Below, piece after piece: positions 37,901 through 50,707 of a stretch of 64,000 nt of DNA (its first letter is position 1; each line of letters begins with the position of its first letter). Source of the DNA: Antedon mediterranea (lineage: Eukaryota > Animalia > Echinodermata); assembly GCF_964355755.1 (NCBI RefSeq), contig NC_092675.1, forward strand, positions 20,494,912-20,558,911, written 5' to 3'. The notes beneath the pieces are model-generated. The model saw only the letters and a list, made by a program, of their open reading frames with translations, did not search any database and was not told the DNA's origin. Both the position numbers and the translations under genes were made by a program.

Positions 37901-40900
37901 TATTGGTGGAGGTTTCCCAGCAAATACCTGTGAATCAAACTGTGATTTTTAATATTACCCTACAAGCTACAGGTAAGAGAAATATTTAGTTGTGTAGCAT
38001 ATACAAAAGATCATAACACAAATTTAGCATTGAAATAGTATTTTTTTTCTGTCTGTCTGTTTGTGTGTTTGTTCGTTTGTTACTTATACTAAGATTATGT
38101 CAAAACTACTAAACCGATTTCAATTGCTCTTCTTTTTATTATCTGTATTGTTTTTAAATAAAGATCTCTGATAGCTGCTAAAATTAAATTATTTGATAAT
38201 CCTGATGAAAAATTCTTTTTATTCTTTTTTTTTTTCAGTTTGTCAGAATAATAAATACTACACAAACTATGAGGCTGATGGGTACAGTGCCTCAAGAACA
38301 GACGTGAAAATGTTTAAGGATATTATGGACTTGTACCTTTACAATGTACAGTATGAAGTGTCGTCCTCCGACGACCTGGACACAGGCGGAATGCAGTGCC
38401 CCGAGGTGATCCAGTTAGAGTCACATGACCTGTCTTCTATTTTTAACATTGCTTTTTACGGAACTACAGGGAATGGTACAAACCTATATCAATTTAGTTT
38501 TGAAAAACCTCTAATCACTTCGCTGGAAGTAAGACCTTTCATTGATATTGGTGGCACTCTCAAGATATATGCTGGAATATTTGATACAGAGGTAATATCT
38601 GAGATATTTTATTTTAAATTTGATACTGTATAATACAGTAATAGGGTTGTACCTAGTGTTATAACATATATTTCCTTTTCTGTCTTGGGAAAGTGTGGAG
38701 GGGTTCTGCCATAGTCAAAATAATTTTAACTAGGATTATATACTTATGAGTGTTCTGGTATAAATATCTACAACGAGATCTGTGAAAGAATGAAGCATAT
38801 TTAGTAATAATGGCACAAATAGTGGGTATGTTATAGATACATTTATATAATCTTAAAAACCTTAAACTATTATTAAATGATATAAATCAGTTTATTAAAC
38901 CCAAAGTGTATAAAAAATTCCATATAAAAAATTAAAATATTCACTAAATAGCAAAATACGGTAAGTCATTGTGCTGATTCAATATTAATATTAATCATTT
39001 TCTTATTTCATAATTTTATCTTTTCTTCCAGCTGTTTACCTTATATTTTTGATTTATCATAATTTTTAATTTTGTTGTTTTGATATTCAGTTCTTTTATT
39101 TCCCTTCTTTTTTTTTATGATGTAATATTATTATTTATATACATTTTCCTTTTCAGATGAATAGTACAGATGCTCTATCAATAAAGCTATGCTTGCATAG
39201 AAATACGCTACCACCTATCACTGATGATGGAGAAATAGACTGTCCCAGCGAAAACATATTATACTTAAATAATACTGACTTAGAAGATACATGGTTTGTT
39301 CCATTTCCTGAATCGGGGACATGGTATATATCTGCGTCGGCACAATGCGACGATGATGAGTAAGTTTCTTATTTATAGAATGTGTTTTTTTTTGCCATCC
39401 ACAAATCCATCATCCACATGTTTTAAAAAGTAAAAAAAAATATAAATAAACAAAAAAAAAATTGTGTTTCATGTTTTGTCCAAGATGCATTATAAGGCCA
39501 ACTAGGGTATAATATTAAGTGAATAAAGTTTATTGACCTGTGACCGGATGTTAAGGTCACAGGGGGATGGTAAAACCTCTTTGGAAATGAATGAAGTGAA
39601 ATATTACCACACACAATTACGTAAAGTTCAGTTGTTTTGATAGTCTCTACCTGGGTGAATGAAAACTTCCATAATCAAACAGTTTTTTTAAAGTTTTAAA
39701 TAATACAGTTAGAGTTAAGCACCTCTTAGGAGGAGACACTCGTATTAAGGGGACACTGTGGTTCTATAGGTTCCCCAGGGTTTTACTGTTTGTGCTTTAT
39801 TGAATTTTAAGTGCAATCATGTAAAAGTTCAGTTTAGGCCGCCACTTTTAAAATGAGTTCCGATAAATCACATGCCAAGTAATTTCCTCCCTTGCGTTAA
39901 AGTTGAAAAATTTATATTGTTTAACCTAATTACTGGAATCAATTTTGATTTTCTTTGTAGCGATGAGATGGATTGTGAGGGTGATATATTCTTAATATTG
40001 GATATTCATTTAATTCCTTGCATCAATGATTGTGGAGAATATGGCACTTGTCATGTTGGTTATGATGCTGGTCTTTCATATGCTTATTGCACCTGCAAAA
40101 ATGGTAAGAATTCTTGAAACCAAAGTTGTGATGACCCAAGACCTAGCAAATACTATTAATTCATTTGATTTCTTGGTCCAACGACACAATGTGTATTAGG
40201 TCCTAGGTTCTAGTCCAATGCAAGAAGAAAACCTTGCTCTTCTATCTAATGCTCTGTCCACACTATCAAACTTTATGTAACAACAAATGTGCCATTATAT
40301 GGACATGATGATGTCATATCACTACCATAGTTAAGTCTATCACTACCATATTTGGGCACATCACACTTTTCTTGTGAAACTAGTTTGATAGTGTAAGCAG
40401 AGCTAAAAAATTGTCTTTCTTTTGCAGATTATCGTGGCTGGGGCTGTACCGATGATTCTGAGGCCTGGTCAAGGACTTATTTCCTAGTTCAAGTGTTACT
40501 GTTGACTCTTAGTAATTTATTTTTCATTCCATCAATTATTTTGGCCATATACAGGAGGTTCTTTCCAGAGGCTGTTGTGTATTTCTGCACAATGTTTTTT
40601 TCCACTGTAAGTATCTTTTTCGAAAGTTCTGTCTACACTATCAAACTTTATGTGACAAAAAAAATGTTTAACCATTTCGGTCAATCCCTATTAAAGGATA
40701 CTTTGTTGAGTTCCTCTCAATAGAGTTTCCAAACAAAATACATCTTGTTTTAACCTAATTTTAGTGCTTTTTCAAATAAATCAAATAAAGTATAACTTTA
40801 TTTTTCACATTTTTGACCTAGTTTTACCATGCTTGTGACGCTGGCAATTTTTGTATAATGGACTATAACACACACCAATACTGTGACTTCTACGCATCGT

Positions 40901-42019
40901 TTATGGCTATATTTTGCACACTGCTTTGTATGGCTAAATTACCAGACAGCTTAAAGCAGACATTTACAATGTTAGGTAAGTTTAAACAAATTGTAACGAT
41001 TTTCAATACTAAGAGTATTATGGAAATAGCACAATTAACAGTTGAAGAGAAAATGAAACTTTTATATAATTGTACTGACCCTTTTGATTGTTACGTACTT
41101 GGTTTGATTTATTTCAGCTGTGTTTGGAATCACCGTAGGTGTTAATTACAACAGGTTTAGTTTGTGGGCGGCACTAGTTCCCACCGTAACAGGCCTGGTG
41201 ATAGTGATTGTATCATGGGTAAGTGGTAGGGTATTAATTAGTAATGGTGTTAATGTATGCATCCAGCACAGGACTTCAAGGCTGTGTTAGTTACAAGTAC
41301 GGGGATAGAATTTGTGGCTACTTGTGAAAACATTGAACCGCATGAATTATTAATAAATTAAATTAAAATTAATTGCACAGCCATGAAAGAAATTAAACTT
41401 TTAAACTTACTTACTTTTAAATAATATAAAAATAATGCTAATAAAATAATGCTAATATTTTTATATTGTGTATAAAAAGGGAATTAGCATGGTGTGTTTC
41501 TAATGTAAAGTTTTCTATTGGCGTGTCGACAGTGTGCCTATTTTCATAGTGTGCTGATATGACAAAGCATGGTCGACATTGTCGGTAGAAAATAATGCAT
41601 TTACACTCACGTTCCAGCAGATCTATAGAAAACATGCATGGTCGTCTGTTCCAATAACCTCTACCATAAGAATATTGATATATTGATTTTAGAGGTGATT
41701 AAATGTGGATTTATTTTTACAGAGTTACCAGTGCCGTAGACTAAAAGCATGCTACCCTTCGAAGAAGCTGTGGTTGACTCGACTGCTACCAGGATTGTGC
41801 CTAGCTGGTATCGGCTTTCTACTGTACGCGCTTCTGGAGAAAGAAGACAATTATCAATATATCCACAGTATTTGGCATGCGTTCATGGCAGTCGGCATTC
41901 TGTTTCTTTTACCGACACAAACAAAAAAGAATGATGAACATGAGTTTCACATGGCAGAGCTCATGGATATATCAACTATACATGCAGAGTTAGTGGAGAA
42001 TGAATCACCTGATTATTAG
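34984..42019 (+). CDS. PGAP6: PGAP6/TMEM8-family protein, 768 aa. Exons 34984-35047, 35594-35774, 36057-36255, 36921-37054, 37674-37972, 38239-38591, 39157-39359, 39961-40103, 40428-40606, 40822-40975, 41118-41218, 41723-42019
   Basis: Signal peptide; FPVVNPDGSSFP, NPTPGYWF, DIGGTL, PFPESGTWY; EGF-like CINDCGEYGTC...CTCK...GWGCTD; CREST 7TM motifs LLTLSNLFF, STFYHACD, YIHSIWH; exons sum to 2307 nt in frame. TMEM8A versus TMEM8B orthology not resolvable. Confidence 0.88.
36268..36412. mobile_element. Harbinger-like MITE copy
   Basis: acactatcaaactttatgtgac...tagacagagct. Confidence 0.75.
36416..36550. mobile_element. Second MITE family, Harbinger-like, abutting the previous copy
   Basis: Imperfect TIRs agcttggttcaaacttgaatgca / tgcatccaagtgagaacaaagct. 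Confidence 0.6.
37341..37500. mobile_element. Harbinger-like MITE copy
   Basis: ggtctgtctaaactata...agtgtagacaaggct. Confidence 0.75.
40251..40404. mobile_element. Harbinger-like MITE copy; a partial copy also at 40624-40668
   Basis: gctctgtccacactatcaaac...gtttgatagtgtaagcagagct. Confidence 0.75.
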
Positions 42020-42701
42020 CCAATCAAAGAAGTGTATTTAAAGTGCGAAATAAATCGTGAGAATAGAAGGTGAATGAAAAGTGAGAATAGACAACAAGTG
42101 TGAATAGACAACAAGTGTGAATAGACAAGTTGAAATGTGCTGTATAATTCAATACATAGATAGTGTAGTGTATTTATTAAATCAATGTAATTTACAGTGT
42201 GTTCCTCTAGCATTCCTCTTGTGATTTTTAAAAGATCGTTGACACGAAAATTTAATGACCTTAATATTGATTTGTTTATGATTTAGTAGTTATACAATTT
42301 AAAATTTTAGTAAACTTTTCATAATTTTCTTTTTGTTTTGCCGTTTATTTATTAAAAAAATGGAAAATTATCTACACTTTATATGCACATTTTATTTAAA
42401 ATTGCTATGCATTAGTTATATTGTTTACATTTGTAACATTGCATAAATACATGTTTTTCTATATAATTAATATTTAAAAAATGATTGATTTAAAGGCAAA
42501 GCTACTTGCTTTATAATTTAACTACTAAGATAAGGTAGTATATATGTGGACAAATCATAAAAACTGGCAATAACTTTATGGTGCATGTTAGATAGGTTTT
42601 AGATTTGCTTTGCCTCATTCTTAAAAAAAAACAAATTGTACTCCAAATTTGACATATTTACATTTTGTATTAGCAGGAAAGAATGACATTATAACTCTTT
42701 T

Positions 42702-43240
42702 CCTGGTATTAGTCATTCATGAGCAGTTGTTCACATGTTGTAAGTTACTCATGAGCAACTACTCATTCATGACAGGCTAGATTAGTGCGAGTCAGTTTCA
42801 ATAAACCCATTCATGAGTACATTTGCATGTTTTCTATCACTTATGAGTGACTCGCAAGTACTGTAGGTCATGTTCACATGTTGTAAGTCACACATGAGCA
42901 ACTACTCATCCATGACCGGCTTGGATAGATTAATGTCAGTTCCCATTCATGAGTACATTTACATGTTTTCTATCACTTATGAGTGACTCGCAAGTACTGT
43001 AGGTCATGTTCACATGTTGTAAGTCACACATGAGCAACTACTCATCCATGACCGGCTTGGATAGATTAATGTCCGTTCCCATTCATGAGTACATTTACAT
43101 GTTTTCATCACTTATGAGTGACTCATCAAAATTGTAGGTGTTCACAAGTTATAAGTCACTCATAACTGACTCATGAGCAAGTGTTCACATTTAAGTTACT
43201 TGTTGAGTGACTCTCAGGAGCAACTTGCTATGAGCAGGTG
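42702..43240. repeat. About four tandem units of roughly 135 bp, possibly inside a MITE
   Basis: gttcacatgttgtaagt-like motif at about 42729, 42872, 43007 and 43140; flanked by ggtatta / taatacc. Confidence 0.75.
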
Positions 43241-44827
43241 TTTAATACCGTATTAATACAAGTTATAACTGCCTGTACACTCATTTCAAAGTTGCCTTTA
43301 AATCTATAATTTGCTGAATGACAGGATAATGATAATTAGAGTAGAACCCCTACACCTAAGGGACCACTTTCCTGTTTAACGAACAAGGCGCAATATATGT
43401 TTGAACACTACATCCAACCTCTATTCAGGGGACACTTTATTCTGTCCCAAAGGTGTCTGTTTAATACATGTCCAACTGGGATCATAAATTATTTTATTTA
43501 TAACATTTTTTAATAAAAATAATTTGGTGCTTTTAAACTATTCTTGATATCAGATTGAACAATCTCAATCAATTTTCTAATTTATGGTAATGTGAAAATA
43601 GCAATAGGCCTATATGTACTTGGTGTTAAACAGGTGTTAAAATAGTGTTTCAGCATTATCACTGTGTGTGCTTTAGTGTTTCTCTACATTTTAGTATGTT
43701 ATACAAAATATATATTCTAGTTTTAATTTCATATTATTTATTAAGCTTTTATAGTTTCCTCATGTCCAGTATCATTATATGTACAGTATACTGTATGTAC
43801 ATTCAGACAACTTTATTGATAATTTTAATACAATCAAATGAATTCCATTAAACTATCAAGCATAGAGTAGAGTAAGTTAGTTTTACCTAAATAATATTAT
43901 CTAGTCTTAAGATTAACACATTTGAAAAATAAATATTCAATCTCAATTGTTGCATTTGATGTGTATTTTATTTGCAAATACTTTAGTACAAAACAAACAG
44001 ATATACAACTAAAATTAACTAAGTTTTTAAAATTATAAACAGAGTTTTGTAACATTGCAAGCTAACAATCAAACTGGCACATGAACAACCAGAGAGTTGG
44101 AACCCTGGCCTAGCATAATGACTGAAGTAACAGGAATTCATTTTGGTATACTTTGATGGCTATTGTATTAGAACTTAGAAGTAAAAATATGTTAACAATT
44201 ATTTCATAAAATTTATAATATACATCAATATCATACCTTGTGTAAAATATGTAATAATGGTGGGAGCAAACACTATGAGATGAGACACAATTAAAAACAT
44301 GCTATGGTGCAAGCACCATAATCAATAAGACTGATAATAAATGATTGAAATATTTTTGGTCAATTATTTGTGAGGCTGTAGCGAGCATGACTGCCTAATC
44401 TGGAATTTTCACCACCCCATCCCTGGCACATAATACTCATATATACAGTACTTTATAGTAATAATCATTTTCAACAAATGTTTGCCGTTTTAACATCATG
44501 CTGTGACCCTAATTTGTTTTCTTTGATTTATATAAACCAGCCCAAAAATGATTGTTCATTAATATTGCTTCATTAAAATTTATCTAAAGACTGAGGTAGC
44601 TGGAACCCCTTGCATATGTACTACATGCTATCTTTGTTAAAGCTAAGATTAGGAATCCATTTGTTTAATTGCCTTTGAAAAAACTAGCTACACTAGAACA
44701 CCTATTAGGACCCAACAAAGTATAGTTTCCTCTCGTTTGTTTCACAGGAAAGTCTCTTTAATTGGTGTTTTCCTTAAAGGAGAGGTTCTATTATAGTTTA
44801 ACATATTGCACAATCTGTGTGAAGGTT

Positions 44828-47800
44828 TCAGAATGACTTTGGTCGCCATATACCGCATGTAAAATCGCTGCAGCCACAAGCTAAGACACCGTTTAGATAG
44901 TGTAGGTCGGTCAACTCTTGCAACTGCTCATCAATGGTGGTTAATTCAGACACAGGATGACATGGTGACAACACCTGTAAAGTAGAATAATGGTGTGAAT
45001 ATAAAAGATAATTTATAGAATTGTAGAAAACTAACTTAAAAGAAACTTCAATGAAGACTGTAACATTAAATCACCATCTCTAAACAATAATTATACAAAT
45101 AATGAATGTTTATGTGGGTTGAATGGGGAGAATGATTTCATAAGTTGATTAACTGTTCTATTCAATGAGGTGTAGTCCAGTTGAATAGAACAGTACAAAA
45201 CATTCATAATTGTTTTACATAATGTTTACTATTCTAGAGTAAACTTTTGTTCAATTAATCAGCCGTTTACATCTCAAACCGAATGTCGTAGGCTACCCAG
45301 TCGGATTTTGGCCGCAAGAGCAGAGAAGTTTACTTTACCTTTAATGTTTTATCAGTGGCTGCTGTGATAATACAGCCAGTGTTGTTATTTATACCTGTGA
45401 TCTTGCCATTATGTCCTATATTATAATTCTGAAATGAATAAATTAAATCTTAATCTTAGAAACTATGATGATTTTGATGGCGATTTAAATTCAACAAAAT
45501 ACATACTGATTATGACTAAAGCCTTGCCTACACTATCAAACTTTATGTGTCAAAAAAAATGTGATGGGCCCATTATGATGTCATATCACCACCATATTTA
45601 AGCATAGCACTACCATATATGGGCACATCAAACTTTTTTGACACATAAAGTTTGATAGGCTTAATATAGTAATGGTTACCTGAACAATGTCAAACTTTCC
45701 ATATGTTGGGTCAAGAACATTAATTTCACCATTGCGAAGTCCGGCCCATAGTTGACCGTTAGAGTAGGACATACTCATTGGAAAAGCCTCCATCTGTAGA
45801 TTATAAATATTTCAACTATTGCTCAATTCAGTTTATATAGACAATGAACTAATAAAGGTATGAAACACTCATGATGGTGTTAGTGTGCACTGAACGAAAT
45901 CCTTTTAACATGAACTGAAGGTGTAAAACTACAATTTTTTTTTTCCAAAATGTTAGTACTTAGTACTTACGGAACCTGAACTCTTGTTATAGTGATTAGG
46001 TTCACTTTTAGGTTCCTGCCTACTCCCTTAGTTTCTGTGTTTTGTTTGTTTGTAACTGGTTTTTGGCAATAAATAATAATAATAATAATAGTACTATAGC
46101 CTATTGTATGCTGTGAGTGAACATCCTTAGGATATGGGGGTTAGGGTTATAATATACATTATTATCATAATTACCATAATATGCAAATATATGCCTTGAG
46201 TCAGTTGGTTAAACATAAAGTACTAAAGTTTTTTAACCATACTAAGGCGTTTTTTAAACTGTAATAAGGCTGGGAGTTTTGAATCATTTGCTGTTCCCTA
46301 CATTGTCTCACCTGTTGAACCAGGTGGTGTATACAGTAACTATGTATGTAATTAATGTGTTTTTTTATAAACCAGGTATACATGCCTTACATACATATGT
46401 TTAAAAATACAGTAAATACATAAAGCCGGAGTTGGATAGCCGAGTGGTTAGGACACTTGACTGACATACAGATAGACCCGGGTTCAATTCCCGACAACTC
46501 CCAGTCCACTCAGCTGTAAATGAGTACCTGGTTGAAAATACTAGGGAGAAAAAAGGCGGCGTGGAAAGAACTGGCCACCCTACCACATAATGCTGAGGCT
46601 TAGTACAATGAGCTCCTAACAGATCATTCTCCTACGTTCAGAGAACACGGGACTCACCTTTACTTTACATAAAGTTACCTTGATTTTCTTGAGTAGGCGA
46701 TTGGCTCTCCTGTCATACACACCGATAGTATTATCTTCACTGCCACTCACGATGTAATGTTCATCCGCTGACAAACACAAAACAGGCTTCTTGTGGTGAC
46801 GAAGCTTGGAAATCAAAGCATCGGCTAAAAATGTAGAGAATTAATTTTATTTTATTTTATTCAGGTTTCAACATAAAATGACAAGACAAAGATTAAAAAT
46901 ACAAATAGAAACATGTAAAGTATTGCACAGTACACAAGAAACCTAGAAAATCCCATAAAGTCAGAAAAAACAACTTATTTCCAATGGGGTCCTATTATCA
47001 TAAACTTAAGCGACAAAAACAAAAAACGTTAAAATTACAAAAACGAGTACACAATAAAAAGAGAAATAGACTTATAAAAATATGATACACTAAAAATGTG
47101 ATGACTATAAATGAATACTAAATACATGTAATTATATATTTGTAAATTACATTTTAGTTAGTAACACAAATAAAATGAATTAGCAATCAATTTAAAAGGC
47201 AATGGAAACAGAATATAAATACAGGCAAATATTGCGAATTATTTATTTATTTCTATCTTTAACCTTTTATACAATTACAAGTTTTATTATATAATAAGGA
47301 GCTTCTATTTGCAAGGACAGATGACCTAGGAACAAACTAGATCATGTTAATTCATTGAGCGCATGCAGAGAAATTAGGATGTGCTTCCTAGCTCTAGTCC
47401 TCGACACAGTTTGATGGTTTGTAAAGTCCAGGTGATGACCTATGACATATCAGTGTGAGGTGCCAGGTTGACCTATGACATATCAGTGTGAGGTGCCAGG
47501 TTGACCTATGACATATCAGTGTGAGGTGCCAGGTTGACCTATGACATATCAGTGTGAGGTGCCAGGTTTTCGCAAATATTACTATAATGACTTACTTCTT
47601 CTATCATACATATATATTTGCTTGTCATATGATCCTGACATCACAACATCCTTTTGTAGTACTGGACATAGAAAAGCAGAATTACCTCTTAAAAATAAAA
47701 AATAAAAATCAATTTTTCAGTCATGTTTTCAACCTAAATGTCTCTATTAAATCAAGTTTTTATAAAAGATTATAAAATGTTACCTCAATTGACCAACTTT

Positions 47801-50707
47801 CTTGAAATCTGCCTCAATATCCCAGAAATTCAACCAGCAATCCCATGATGCCGAGCACAGTATATTATCAAATGAAGTCATTGACCACACCCATCCCTAC
47901 AAATTTAAGTTATAACTTACAGTTACACAAAATATGAAAGGACATACTTTTACAATAAAATGTGAAAATGCATTCATGCATAACACTCTAGGAATCAAAT
48001 TAGAAGCAAGAATACTTCAATATAATAGGATTCTTAAAGCTCTGTCTACACTATCAAACAAGTTTTACCAACAAAGTGTGATGTGCTCAAATATGGTAGT
48101 GATATGCTTAAATATGATAGTGATATGTCATCATTATGTCCGGTTTCGATCCAAGTCGGCCCTAAACCGTCTCGGCCAAAGTCAAGTCGGCCTCAAGTCA
48201 ACTCGGCCTCAAGTCAACTCGGCCTCAAGTCAACTCGGCCTCACGTCAACTCGGCCAAAAAATAATCGGTAAACTCGGCCCCGTTAAAGTATGGAACGCA
48301 AAAAGTGCAAATGAAGGGGATTGATAAAATAATATTTCTTCACAATTTTTTAACTATAAATAATTCTGACTTTTAATGAATATTAATATTTAGACAATAA
48401 TATATTTAGCAAAAAAAATAGGAATGATTTCACCAACTTTCCTTTATTAATACGTTTAATAAAATTTCAAATTGCACAATTGAAAACAATTCGTAGCTGC
48501 GCCTCCCTGCGCCTTTGGCAGCTTTTTCGATATCTACAACTGCTACGTGTTTTCACTGACCGGGGGATTCCCCTTTTTTTAAAACGCAAATCATGGACAA
48601 AAACGATGTACAATCATTTTTTCTATGGCCAAATGGTGGAACGTAGGCCTCCGTCTTCGATTTACTAAAATGCGGTACCTGCACGTGTTTTTGTAACACG
48701 CGGGTACTTATATTCATATTGGCAATGAGTTCATTTTTTTATATGATATTATTTAATTATATATTTTTTTTTATTCATTTTTTTTAAAGCGTGGATAGTA
48801 AGAATCATAATAATATTAAGCACTTTTTACATTCCATACTTTATTGTGGCCGAGTTGACCGATTAGTTTTTGGCCGAGTTGACGTGAGGCCGAGTTGACT
48901 TGAGGCCGAGTTGACTTGGGGCCGAGTTGACTTGGGGCCGACTTGACTTTGGCCGAGACGGTTTAGGGCCGACTTGACCTGCACATGGGCACATCACATT
49001 TTTTGTCAAATAAAGTTTGATAGTGTAGACAGAACTTTAAACCACGTTAATCCCATTTTCCCATGATTAATAGAAACATATCTGATTATATAAATTTAAT
49101 TCACAGAAATGAAATTATTCATTATTTACTTACTTTATGTGCTTGGATGGATTTCACAGAAGCACTTTCTGCTTTTGTTGTTTTACTTAATTTACGAAGG
49201 TCCCAAACATTCATAGTACGGTCACGGGACCCTGACACGCATATATCACCATTCTGTAAAATAAACTTTAAGTTTTAAACAAAAGTATCTAGCGGGTAAG
49301 ACAGGTGCACCATAAAAATATCAGGAAAGGTTTAGTTCTGATAAATTATGTGTAATATGGTACAAATGAGAAAATATATGTGAGAGTAAAAACAGTTGAT
49401 TTACTCAGAATTTTCTGCTTGATATATCATAAAATTGAACCACGGGACATTCGTGTCATGTTATGTTAAAAGTTATTTTTACTTTAAAAGTACATTTATA
49501 ATTATTTGATATACCCTCATCTTAGTCATTCTGAAAATATTTTTTTTCTATTTCTAGATATTTTCATATCATAGCATATTTTTTAATATATTAAAGAATT
49601 TACTGAATTCTCTTCTCTTGTTTGATAAAGACTACAATGTTTAAAAAATATTCATATTCACCTGCAACAGACACACAGAATCTACTGATGCTATATGTCC
49701 ACAGTTTAAAGAATAAAAGTCCATATTTTCTTTATAATTACTCCATAGTGAACAATCTTTCTCTATTTGGTAACAGGCTTGACCCCAATCAAAATTACCA
49801 TCATCAACTATCAGAAGGAAAACGTATTTGTATAATCTATCTCAATCTGGCTTAAGCTCAGTCTACACTATTACTAGTTTGATAAAAAGAAGTGTATTGT
49901 GCCCGAATATGGTAGTGATATCCCCAAATATGATATGACATCATCATGTCCATATACTGTATGGGCACATCACATTTTTGTCACATAAAGTTTGATAGTG
50001 TCGACAGAGCTTAAAAAAGACCAATAATTCCATAGTACTGTACTTACTGTATGCTTTTATTACAACACAACACATTATATTGCCGGTATACAAAGACATA
50101 CAGCATACATGTCTGAAACTTTTACAGTCGAACGAACAAAGTAACTTTTCTCTCATTTGATCAAGCTACATAAAACAAGAAACCTTAGTCTAATAAGCCC
50201 TGTTAAAAACCCTAGAAACACTGTTGGCATCCAATAAGTCCCACTGGGATTCAACAAAGTTTCCCTTAAATAATGGTGTCCCCTGAATAGGGGTTGGCTG
50301 TGATGAATATTGCTCCTTGTTCATTTCACCAGAAAGTATCCAAATAAATATTGGTGGTCCCTGAATAGGAGGGGCACTACTGTACCTGCTATGACTGGAT
50401 ACTGTCCTGTATATGTCTTCTTAATACGCATCTTCCAAATAGCATCCTGAGAAACGAGTTTATGAAACCGCTTGCATACCAAACTTAATTTTCCAATTAC
50501 AAACTTTGGGTCCAAAAAGCCCACGATGACAAGTAAGATTTCTGTAGGTAAAACTAACAAATGCAGAGGCTCATCTGTGGTAGGTATTGGTGAAAGAGAT
50601 GTACTTAAGTCATTGTCTTCTTCATTGGGTTGGTCTTCAGTTTCTATTGATAACTGTCTGAGGGTTTCCGTAAAGGATGACTCTAGTGGTTTTTCTGACG
50701 ATGTCAT
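44828..50707 (-). CDS. FBXW9: F-box/WD40 protein FBXW9, 429 aa. Exons 50707-50386, 49807-49662, 49253-49134, 47896-47784, 47687-47596, 46824-46679, 45793-45680, 45428-45339, 44974-44828
   Basis: F-box LLVLPTEILLVIVGFLD...LSLVCKRF; YPV...FDWGQAC; GHIASVDSV; WD repeats SGSRDRTMNVWDL, AHKGWVWSM, SASWD, SGSYDK, HKKPVLCL...SGSEDNT; 1290 nt in frame. Confidence 0.88.
45520..45662. mobile_element. Harbinger-like MITE copy
   Basis: agccttgcctacactatcaaac...aaagtttgataggct. Confidence 0.72.
46426..46665 (+). mobile_element. tRNA-derived SINE with 9-bp TSD, antisense in an FBXW9 intron
   Basis: A box tagccgagtgg, B box ggttcaattcc, core ccactcagctgtaaatgagtacctgg, tail cctttacttt; TSD tacataaag at 46417-46425 and 46666-46674. 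Confidence 0.85.
47436..47568. repeat. Four tandem copies of a 33-bp unit
   Basis: tgacctatgacatatcagtgtgaggtgccaggt x4. Confidence 0.95.
48038..49036. mobile_element. Harbinger-like MITE split by a nested foldback element
   Basis: Left half ends ...catcattatgtcc (about 48141); right half resumes atgggcacatcac (about 48985) and ends gtgtagacagaact. Confidence 0.8.
48141..48982. mobile_element. Foldback-type element with about 157-bp inverted arms built from 16-bp subrepeats
   Basis: 48152-48308 is the near reverse complement of 48820-48976; subrepeat ggcctcaagtcaactc. Confidence 0.85.
49855..50011. mobile_element. Harbinger-like MITE copy
   Basis: agctcagtctacacta...gatagtgtcgacagagct. Confidence 0.75.
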
